Below are positions 8,392-16,144 of a DNA stretch of 58,233 bases, piece after piece. How positions within the stretch are numbered: position 1 is the stretch's first letter; every line of letters starts with the position of its first letter. The notes beneath the pieces are model-generated. The model searched no databases, was not told where the DNA came from, and was given only the letters and a program-made list of their open reading frames with translations. The stretch lies in contig CALLZN010000362.1 of NCBI GenBank assembly GCA_937858895.1, positions 1 through 58,233 of the forward strand, given 5' to 3'. Origin of the DNA: an uncultured bacterium (GTDB lineage Bacteria; Planctomycetota; UBA1135; GCA-002748355). The translations under genes and the position numbers were made by a program.

Positions 8392-11300
8392 TGTCTCTCG
8401 CACTTCCTCTTCGTTTGCGTTCGCTCGTCGCGAGCTCACTGCGGTCCGGGCTGTCGGGCGTGCGTCCCTTGGCGCCATGCGCGGCCTTGTCGCTCTTGCT
8501 GACGGGCTGCGGCATGGACGCCCCGAGTGAAAGCGTGCGGGTGTCCTTTGCGCCGATCCAAGGCTTGACGACGACCTCGCACGAAGTGCCGGAAGACGGC
8601 GTGCCGGTGCCGCTCGGCAACGAAGTCGTCCTGCGCCTCGAGCGCGACGGCATCATCACGGCGACAGAGCGCGTGCGCGTCGATCGCGAAGGTGTGCAGC
8701 GGATCGAAGTGCGCGATGCGCGCGGCGCGCGCAACGTCACGGTCGAAGGCGTGCGCGTGCCATCTGCGGGCATAGCCGTGCGGCACGTGTTGCAGGGCCC
8801 GGCCGCTACCTACGCCGGCGGACGTGTCCGCGTCGGTGTCGCGACGACGCCGCCGCAGTTCGCGCGCATCGTCGAGTGGTTCGCGGCTGGTGCTTCGCCG
8901 AGCACGGGCTTTGGGCCGAGCTTCACGACGGTGCCGCCAGTTGCTGCAAGTGGTGCCAACGCTGGCCCGAGCAGCGGACCGCGCAGCGGCACGAACGGCA
9001 GCTCGGCCGGCAGCTCGGCCGGCAACTCGACTGGCAACGCCAGCGGCGGCGCCAACAGCAGCGCTTCGATCCAAGCCTCGGTCGGCGTCCACTACGCCCC
9101 CAACCCGATCGCGCCCGTCGTCTACAGCGTGCGCTGGGTCAGCAAGCCGAGCAAGCGCGACTACTTCCAAGCCACCCCCATCGTGCGTCTCTACCACGAG
9201 ATCCGCACCGATCCGCCCGGCTACGAGCACCTCGTCCCGTGGAGCTACGACACGACGGGCACGGCGACCGTGTCGGCGACCCAGGGCCTGGGCAAGGAGT
9301 TCTGCATCGTTCGCACGAACAACCGCGCTCACCGCTTGCTCTGTTGGCGCGTCCAGGCCGGCAACCTCGTCGACCAAGGCGACTTCGTCAACGACCTCCT
9401 CGACACGCCGCTGCAAGGCCGCAGCGAGCAGCCGCCGAAGAACCGCGACTGCGGTCCGCCCGCCCCAGCGAGCCACTCGCTGCCCGTCAACCTCGCGAAC
9501 GGCGAACTCAAGTTCACGGTCACCGATCTGCGCGTGCCCTCGCGAGGCTTCGACTTCGTCTGGACGCGCAGCTACGCGAGCCGCGCCAACTTCCGCGGAC
9601 CCCTCGGCTACAACTGGACGCTCAGCTACGAGCGCCGCGTCTTCCGCATCCCGGGTGCGACGAGCGTCTCGGTCGTCGACGGCTTGCAGCGCGAAGACAT
9701 CTACCAAAAGGGTGCCGGCAACAGCTACGTGAGCGCGGCCGGTTACTACGACGCCCTCGTCGAGAACCAGGACTCGACCTTCACGCAGGTCGACCGCGAG
9801 GGGACGCGCTTCGACTACGACAGCAATGGCTGCCTCGCGCGCATCACCGACCGCACGGGGCAGAACTCGATGAGCTTCCTGCGCAACGCGCAGTGCAACA
9901 TCGAGGAGGTCGTCGACACCCAGGGGCGCAAGTACACGCTGCGCTACAGCGACAACAGCCCGACGCAGGTCCTGACTTCGATCACCGACTTCCGCGGGCG
10001 CACGGTGCGCTACGAGTACGACACGAACGACGACCTCATTCGCGTCACGTCGCCGATCGTCGTCGGCACGCCGACCGGCAACGACTTCCCGAGCGGCAAG
10101 ACGACGCTCTACACGTACAGCCAGGGCAAGAGCGACGCGCGGCTCAACCACAACCTGCTGAGCATCGTCGAGCCGGGCTACAACGTCGGCAACGACCCGG
10201 GCCAGTCGAAGGCCATGGTCACGATGACCTACGCGACGACGAGCGACGCTAGCAAGATCGACTTCGATCGCGTCATCGCTGAGCGCTGGGGGCACGACGC
10301 GGGCGGGCCGCCGTCCAACCCCAACGTCATGGTCGGCGGGGCGACGACCCTCGCGTATTCGACGAACAGGGGCAACGACCCCGGCGCGCCGAGCCTCGCC
10401 TTCTCGCGCACGATCGAAACGACGCGCAATGGCAACGTGCGCGTGCACTACTTCGATCGCAGCCTGAGCGAGATCCGCACGATCACGCGCACGAACCGCA
10501 ACGTGCGCGTGGGCGAAGGCGACTACCGCACCGACTACGAATACACGAGCGAGGGCCTGCTAAAGCAGGTCACGCATCCGCGCGGCAACGTCACGACCAT
10601 GGTCTACGACGAGCAGAACGCGCGGCGCGAGGCCCAGCAGAACAAGCTCGAAGTGCGGCGCCAGGTCGGCGCGGTCGGCGGTGGCCTCACGGACCTCGTC
10701 ACGCGCTACACCTACGAGCCGCTCTACCAGCAGACGCGCACGATCACGTCGCCGCGCGGCTTCCCGTCCGGCAACGTGCCCTTGACGGCGAATGGCAAGC
10801 TCGACCTCGGCGATGCGAGCGTCGCGCGCCACACCGTGACCTTCGTCTACGACTACCAAGAGACGAGCGGCGTCCAGGCGGCGCGCGGCATTCCTGAGAT
10901 CGAGCGCATCCCCGAGGGGCTCGGCGATCGCAACGGTGCTGGCGACTTCTCGGTCGGCAACTTGGTCGAGACGCGCTTCCCGACCATCGCGACGAGCGGC
11001 CCCAACATGGGCCAGGTCATCGCCGAGAAACGCACGTGGAATGTCCACGGCCAGCTCATCGACCGCATCGATCCGACGGGGCGGCGCAAGCGGCACGAGT
11101 ACTACGCTTCGAACAACCTGCCCTTCGATCCGAGCGATCTCGAGGGCTATGTCGCGGCCATCTACGACGACTTCACGGGCTTGCGGCTCAAGACGAGCTA
11201 CGAGTACGACACGTCGGGCAACGTCGTGGCCATCGTCGACCCCAAGGGACAGCGCAGCGAGACGATCTACAACGCGCTCAATCAAGTCGTGCGGACCTTG

Positions 11301-11813
11301 GCGCGGCCGGTTGGCGGCGCGCGCTATCGCGTCGACCACTTCTATTCGGCGAACAACGACCGGGTGCAGACGGAGACGCAGAACCTCGACGAGAACGGCG
11401 CGGCCTATCCGCACGCGACGATCACGGACCGCGCCGACTTCGACATCTTGCACCAGTTGGTGGCGAGCGAACGCGATCGCACACGCGATGACGGCAGCGA
11501 CGCCGGTGTCGTGCGCAGCGAATACTACTACGACGCGCAGACGAACCGCATCGCGGTGCGCGCGCCGCGCCGCGGCTCGGGGCGCGCAGCGCGACGATCA
11601 CGACAACGCTCTACGACGCGCGCGAGCTGCCCTTCCGCAGCGTGCTCGGCGACAGCGATACGAACCCGGGCAACGCGCCGCCGAGCGACGCGGTTGTCAG
11701 CTATTCGAACTACGACGCCAACGGCAACCTGCTCGAGACCTCGGACGCCATCCGCCAGACGGTGCTCGGTGGGCCGACGCCGCGCTTCCCGGGGGCGGCA
11801 CCTGGTGACGTGA
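8391..11813 (+). CDS. RHS/YD-repeat polymorphic toxin, N-terminal part (lipoprotein signal, low-complexity linker, YD repeats); sensible sequence ends about nt 11565-11590, where the frame breaks
   Basis: The ATG at 8391 overlaps the adhesin stop (TGATG). Signal is MSLALPLRLRS...LSLLLTGC with the lipobox Cys at 8508-8510. YD-repeat strings include YDSNGCLARITDRTGQ, YEYDTNDDLIRVTSP, YEYTSEGLLKQVTHPRGN and YEYDTSGNVVAIVDPKGQ. The tail after ...NRIAVRAP is Arg/Ser/Thr junk. Confidence 0.85.
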   Translation: MSLALPLRLRSLVASSLRSGLSGVRPLAPCAALSLLLTGCGMDAPSESVRVSFAPIQGLTTTSHEVPEDGVPVPLGNEVVLRLERDGIITATERVRVDREGVQRIEVRDARGARNVTVEGVRVPSAGIAVRHVLQGPAATYAGGRVRVGVATTPPQFARIVEWFAAGASPSTGFGPSFTTVPPVAASGANAGPSSGPRSGTNGSSAGSSAGNSTGNASGGANSSASIQASVGVHYAPNPIAPVVYSVRWVSKPSKRDYFQATPIVRLYHEIRTDPPGYEHLVPWSYDTTGTATVSATQGLGKEFCIVRTNNRAHRLLCWRVQAGNLVDQGDFVNDLLDTPLQGRSEQPPKNRDCGPPAPASHSLPVNLANGELKFTVTDLRVPSRGFDFVWTRSYASRANFRGPLGYNWTLSYERRVFRIPGATSVSVVDGLQREDIYQKGAGNSYVSAAGYYDALVENQDSTFTQVDREGTRFDYDSNGCLARITDRTGQNSMSFLRNAQCNIEEVVDTQGRKYTLRYSDNSPTQVLTSITDFRGRTVRYEYDTNDDLIRVTSPIVVGTPTGNDFPSGKTTLYTYSQGKSDARLNHNLLSIVEPGYNVGNDPGQSKAMVTMTYATTSDASKIDFDRVIAERWGHDAGGPPSNPNVMVGGATTLAYSTNRGNDPGAPSLAFSRTIETTRNGNVRVHYFDRSLSEIRTITRTNRNVRVGEGDYRTDYEYTSEGLLKQVTHPRGNVTTMVYDEQNARREAQQNKLEVRRQVGAVGGGLTDLVTRYTYEPLYQQTRTITSPRGFPSGNVPLTANGKLDLGDASVARHTVTFVYDYQETSGVQAARGIPEIERIPEGLGDRNGAGDFSVGNLVETRFPTIATSGPNMGQVIAEKRTWNVHGQLIDRIDPTGRRKRHEYYASNNLPFDPSDLEGYVAAIYDDFTGLRLKTSYEYDTSGNVVAIVDPKGQRSETIYNALNQVVRTLARPVGGARYRVDHFYSANNDRVQTETQNLDENGAAYPHATITDRADFDILHQLVASERDRTRDDGSDAGVVRSEYYYDAQTNRIAVRAPRRGSGRAARRSRQRSTTRASCPSAACSATAIRTRATRRRATRLSAIRTTTPTATCSRPRTPSARRCSVGRRRASRGRHLVT

Positions 11814-14800
11814 CGCAGCACGTCTACGACGGCTTCGACCGCCGCGTGCAGACGACCGATCCCGAGGGCGCGGTCGTGACGCTCGGCTACGACTTCGACA
11901 GCAACCTCGTGCTCACGCGCCTCGTTGGCGTCGACTCGCACCGCACGGGCGCGACCCGGCGCACGCTGCAAGAATCGACCGCCGTCTTCGACGAGATCGA
12001 CCGCGTCGTGCGGCGCGAGGTTCGGCACTTCGATGCGAGCGGGACCAACGTCGGCGATGGCGTGCGGCAGACGACCACGAGCTACGACGCTGAGTCCAAG
12101 ATCCTCTACGTCGAAGACGATCGTGGCAACCGGACGACGACGACTTGGGACACGGCGGACCGCGTCATCGTCGTCACCGACGCGCTCCTGAACACGGTCA
12201 CGAACCAGTACGACGCCAACTCGAATCTGACGCTGACGACGCGCGTCGACACGTCGTCGGGCGTCGGGGGCAACGCCGAGACCTTCGTCACGAGCTATGC
12301 GTACGATGGCCTCGACCGTCGCACGCGCAGCGTCGATCCCGACGGGAGTGTGCACGAGTTCTTCTACGACGCGCGCGGCAATGTCGTGCTGAGCTCGGAC
12401 GCGGTGCGTGGTTCGGGCAACGCCGGCAACCTCGTGCGCTATCACTACGACGCGCTGAACCGCCCGTGGAAGACCGTGTCTTCGCTCACGAGCACGGGCC
12501 GCGGCGACGGCGTGGCGGCGGGTTCGATCACGACGACGACGCTCTACGACGACGACTCGCTCGTGGCCTCGAGGACCGATGACAATGGCACGCGCACGCA
12601 GTACCGCTACGACCGGCTCGGCCGCATGGTCGAAGTCGAGTACGGCGACCTGACCAAGCGCACGACGTCGTACAACCGCGACAACCAAGTGACGGCCTGG
12701 ACCGACCAGAACGGCACGGTCGCGTCGATGAGCTACGACGGCCTCGGCCGCATGTATCGGCGCAACGTCACGAAGGGCGTCGGCGTGCTCGGCGCGAGCT
12801 ACGAGGACTTCGGCTTCGATGCGCTCTCGCGGACGACCTTGGCGCAGAACGACGACGGCTTTGGCGCAACCGCGATGCGCTGCGAGTTCGAATACGACTC
12901 GCTGCAGAACATCGTGTCCGACCAGCAAGGGCCGTGGCGCGTGCGGAGTAGCTTCGACGGCATGTCGAATCGGACCGCGTGCACCTACCACGGGTCCTTC
13001 GGCAGCGGCGCGCGCGTCCTGACTTCGACCTACGACGAGCTCAATCGCCTCGCGACGATCTCCGAGGGCGCGACGCTCGTCGCGCGCTACGACTACAAGG
13101 GCCCCGCGCGCGTCGAGCGCCGCCGCCTCGGCGCGACGCCGACGCTGACCTGCACGACGAGCTACGACCTGCTGCCGCGGCCCATCGTCCTCGACCACCA
13201 AACGAGTGCGGCGACGGTGGCGCGCTTCGAGTACGGCTACGACCGCGCGCACCACCGGCTCTTCGAGAAGCGCGTCCACGACGCCAACCAAGGCGAAGTC
13301 TACAACTACGACTCGATCTACCGCGTCGTGCGCGAAGAGCGCAACGTCGACCTGACGAGCGTCGCCGCCGGCACGCGCATCGCGCCTGAGACCTACCGAA
13401 CGAACGACTGGCAGAGTCTTGCCTTCGACGGCGTCCAGAACCGCACGGCGACGATCGACACGGTGGCGAGCACGAGCACGACGACTTCGTGGGCGCGCCG
13501 AGCGTCGACCAACCAGTATGCGAGCCGCCAGGTCGGCAGCGCGGCCGCCGAACTCTTCACCTGGGACGCCAACGGCAACCTGACGGGCGACGGCGCGAAG
13601 CGCTACGCCTACGACTTCAAGAACCGCCTCGTCGAGGTCCGCGACAGGACGACGAGCGCCGTCCTCGTGCGCTACAGCTACGACGCGATGGACCGCCGCG
13701 CCTTCAAGGTAGTCGACCCGCTCGGCACGACGCCCACGACGACGCACTACATCTACGACGGCTCACGCATCCTCGAAGAGCGCGACCAAGGCGGCACCCT
13801 GCTCAAGAGCCACGTCTGGGGCGCCGCCCCCGACGAGCTGCTACAGGTCCAACGCGGCAGCGCCGCGACCGCGACCTACTGGGTCGCCGAGAACTCGCTC
13901 GGCAACATCGCCGCCCTCGTCGACGACTCAGGCACGACCGTCGAGCGCTACGCCTACGACGCCTACGGCAAGACCACGGTCACGCTGAACAGCAACACGG
14001 GCAACGAGTACCGCTTCCAAACGACCCGCCTCGACCCCGAGACGGGGCTCTACTGGTTCCGCGCGCGGCACTACAGCCCGGAGCTCGGGCGCTTCCTGCA
14101 GAAGGACCCGATCGGCATCTGGACCGACGGGGCGAACCTGGGGAATGGCTATGCCTTCGCGGCCAATGACCTGGTCAATGGCGTCGACCCGACGGGCATG
14201 TGGCCGGGCTGGCTTGACGACGCTTGGTACGAGGTCAAATCCGAAGCCGCATGGGCCGCTGATTTTGCAGGCCACTTCGTCGGCGGCGTCGCGAGTGACG
14301 TCGGGAACGCCGCGGCCGGACTCGGGCACGCAGTGTTGAACCCAGGCGAGACGATGGATCGCATCAAGTGCGCGGGTTCACGCATGTGGGACCGTGCCAT
14401 GACACGCGGCGAACTCGTCATGGGTGACGGGGGCAGCGTTCTCGATGGCCTAGGTCAGGTCTTCGGCTCGCTCGGTGGCGATCTCACCGGCATGAGTGGG
14501 ATGATCGACGCGTACATGGGTGCCGACATCGGCAGCTATGCCATGACCGGCGAGTGGAATCAGCTCAGCGACATCGAGCGCTGGCAGACCGGGCTGAATG
14601 GCTTCGCGCAGATGACGGGCCTCTTCGCCGGCGGCGGTACCGCTGGCGAAGCCCTGCATTTCAAGACACTCTACAGCGTACAGGACGCCGCGGACAGCGC
14701 TCGCTGGCTTCGCAATGGCGGAAGTCCGTTCCCCACAGCGGCCAACAAGGCACACTTGGGAGAGGGTCTTTACGCTTGGGAAACAAGGGCAAGCGCACGC

Positions 14801-15070
14801 AACTACCTCACACGCTTGGAAGGCAACGGAGCATCAGAACTGAGCATATTGCGCCATCGCGTAACACGCCGCGAATTGCGCAGCATGAACACAATGGACC
14901 TCACACGCCTACCAGATGCTGCACAGAATTCATGGTTGAATGACCACTCCCGCCTTTGGAATCCCAACGCTACATCCCACGGATTCGATCGTGTCCGACG
15001 CGGCACCCAGTTCGGAAACGAGAATTACTTCAATATCAATGTCTTGCAACAATTCGGACACAGTAGGTGA
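11642..15070 (+). CDS. RHS/YD-repeat polymorphic toxin, C-terminal part (open frame actually resumes about nt 11582-11597): YD repeats, RHS core end motif, variable C-terminal toxin region
   Basis: The frame reads ...ITTTLYDARELPFRSVLGDSD... upstream of the listed GTG. Many YD repeats are present (YDANGNLLETSD, YDGFDRRVQTTDPEG, YDGLDRRTRSVDPDG, YDRLGRMVEVEYGD...). The core ends with YRFQTTRLDPETGLYWFRARHYSPELGRFLQKDPIG...NGVDPTGM (DPxG at 14186-14200). About 290 aa of non-RHS tail follow. Confidence 0.85.
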   Translation: MLGDSDTNPGNAPPSDAVVSYSNYDANGNLLETSDAIRQTVLGGPTPRFPGAAPGDVTQHVYDGFDRRVQTTDPEGAVVTLGYDFDSNLVLTRLVGVDSHRTGATRRTLQESTAVFDEIDRVVRREVRHFDASGTNVGDGVRQTTTSYDAESKILYVEDDRGNRTTTTWDTADRVIVVTDALLNTVTNQYDANSNLTLTTRVDTSSGVGGNAETFVTSYAYDGLDRRTRSVDPDGSVHEFFYDARGNVVLSSDAVRGSGNAGNLVRYHYDALNRPWKTVSSLTSTGRGDGVAAGSITTTTLYDDDSLVASRTDDNGTRTQYRYDRLGRMVEVEYGDLTKRTTSYNRDNQVTAWTDQNGTVASMSYDGLGRMYRRNVTKGVGVLGASYEDFGFDALSRTTLAQNDDGFGATAMRCEFEYDSLQNIVSDQQGPWRVRSSFDGMSNRTACTYHGSFGSGARVLTSTYDELNRLATISEGATLVARYDYKGPARVERRRLGATPTLTCTTSYDLLPRPIVLDHQTSAATVARFEYGYDRAHHRLFEKRVHDANQGEVYNYDSIYRVVREERNVDLTSVAAGTRIAPETYRTNDWQSLAFDGVQNRTATIDTVASTSTTTSWARRASTNQYASRQVGSAAAELFTWDANGNLTGDGAKRYAYDFKNRLVEVRDRTTSAVLVRYSYDAMDRRAFKVVDPLGTTPTTTHYIYDGSRILEERDQGGTLLKSHVWGAAPDELLQVQRGSAATATYWVAENSLGNIAALVDDSGTTVERYAYDAYGKTTVTLNSNTGNEYRFQTTRLDPETGLYWFRARHYSPELGRFLQKDPIGIWTDGANLGNGYAFAANDLVNGVDPTGMWPGWLDDAWYEVKSEAAWAADFAGHFVGGVASDVGNAAAGLGHAVLNPGETMDRIKCAGSRMWDRAMTRGELVMGDGGSVLDGLGQVFGSLGGDLTGMSGMIDAYMGADIGSYAMTGEWNQLSDIERWQTGLNGFAQMTGLFAGGGTAGEALHFKTLYSVQDAADSARWLRNGGSPFPTAANKAHLGEGLYAWETRASARNYLTRLEGNGASELSILRHRVTRRELRSMNTMDLTRLPDAAQNSWLNDHSRLWNPNATSHGFDRVRRGTQFGNENYFNINVLQQFGHSR

Positions 15071-15416
15071 AACCTTCGAAGGGCGCTTCGCATGTGTCGT
15101 CGACGGCGTCGGCGCCTTTGGTCGCGTTGTCCTGCGAAAGTCTGCACTTGGCGACGGAATATCGCTTCCGGACGACACGTCGCCAACTCATCCGTGGATC
15201 CTCGGGTGTGTCGAGGGAATACGCCTTGCCGCCAGCCGCGCCGGTCGCAACGCAGCCTTCGAAGTTGTTGAAATTGAGACGAGTAATGCTGACACGAGCG
15301 ACTGGTCGATGCGTTGCGCCGCATTCCTGGCGGCATGGAAGGCGTTCGACAAGGATGTTGGCATCCTGAAGTTCGATCCAGCGCGTCGAATGTTTGCCCC
15401 CAGCGACGAGTCTTAG
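15039..15416 (+). CDS. Candidate cognate immunity protein of the RHS toxin (125 aa, cytoplasmic, no recognised family)
   Basis: The ATG at 15039 lies 32 nt inside the 3' end of the RHS gene, the position typical for immunity genes. It shares the lower GC of the toxin tip. Sequence starts MSCNNSDTVGETFEGRFACVVDG...; no signal peptide. Confidence 0.5.
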   Translation: MSCNNSDTVGETFEGRFACVVDGVGAFGRVVLRKSALGDGISLPDDTSPTHPWILGCVEGIRLAASRAGRNAAFEVVEIETSNADTSDWSMRCAAFLAAWKAFDKDVGILKFDPARRMFAPSDES

Positions 15417-15459
15417 CTGCTCATCCTCGACCTATTGTGAGCCAATAATCGAGAGGCAG

Positions 15460-16020
15460 ATGTCAAGCGCGAAGTACTACGTCGCCCTGCTGCGCGGTAT
15501 CAACGTCGGCGCGGCCGGCAAGGGTCGCAAGGCCGTGCCGATGGCGCGGCTGCGCGAGCTCGTCGTCGCGCAGGGCGGCCGTGACGTCACGACCTATATC
15601 CAGAGCGGTAACGTGCTCTTCACGGCGGCGGGCGCCAGCGCCGAAGTCGAGGCCAAGCTGGAGGCCGCGATTCGCGATGCCTTCGGCTTCGAGGTGCCGG
15701 TCATCGTGCGCCCCCATAAGGAGCTCGCCCGCATCGCCAAGGCCTGCCCCTTCACAACAGAAGCGGACGAGCGCCCGACCCTCGTCCACGTGGGCTTCTC
15801 CAAGGCCAAGATCAGCGCCGCCATGGCAGCAGCGACAGCCCCCTACTGCACGTGCGGCGAGCGCGTCGTCGTCCGCGGGCAAGCGATTTGGGCCGACTAC
15901 AACCAGGGCGTCGCGCGTTCGAAGCTCACGCCGGCGGTCTTGGATCGCTGCTTCGGCGCTTCGGTGACCCTGCGCAACGTCAAGACCTTGGCAGCGCTCG
16001 TCGAAGGCGGCGCTGGCTGA
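15460..16020 (+). CDS. DUF1697 family protein
   Basis: The N-terminus MSSAKYYVALLRGINVG...RDVTTYIQSGNVLF matches the DUF1697 signature (YiaLLRGINVgG...TYiqSGNvvF). GAGAGG lies upstream of the ATG. Confidence 0.8.
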   Translation: MSSAKYYVALLRGINVGAAGKGRKAVPMARLRELVVAQGGRDVTTYIQSGNVLFTAAGASAEVEAKLEAAIRDAFGFEVPVIVRPHKELARIAKACPFTTEADERPTLVHVGFSKAKISAAMAAATAPYCTCGERVVVRGQAIWADYNQGVARSKLTPAVLDRCFGASVTLRNVKTLAALVEGGAG

Positions 16021-16144
16021 GGGCGTTGCCAAACTGCCAGACCAGACGCAGGGGGGCGCAGGGCGGACGCGTTTCTTGAATCGGCAAGTAAGGCAACAGC
16101 CATGGCCGGCTCTTGCTCCGCATCGTTCTCTTAAGGAGAGATAC

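Noticed and set aside
5563-8478. Very long ORFs antisense to real genes: 241..1797(-), 1816..4257(-), 5563..8478(-), 8436..10448(-), 11528..13747(-), 29279..31216(-), 36105..38231(+), 42172..43866(+), 45522..47465(+), 55581..56996(+), and many shorter ones.
   Set aside because: The translations are Arg/Ala/Asp/Gly-dominated with no motifs. The opposite strand carries clear domain signatures in every case. Stop-poor antisense frames are expected in DNA this GC-rich.
11556-11600. Programmed -1 ribosomal frameshift in the RHS gene.
   Set aside because: No X-XXY-YYZ slippery heptamer is visible at the junction. No obvious downstream pseudoknot-forming context is visible either. RHS genes are not known to use recoding, so a mutation or assembly error is more parsimonious.
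1-15416. T6SS-associated RHS (search for PAAR, VgrG, Hcp, DUF1795/EagR chaperone, DUF4150).
   Set aside because: None of these is recognisable upstream of or within the RHS locus. The RHS N-terminus is a lipoprotein signal peptide instead.
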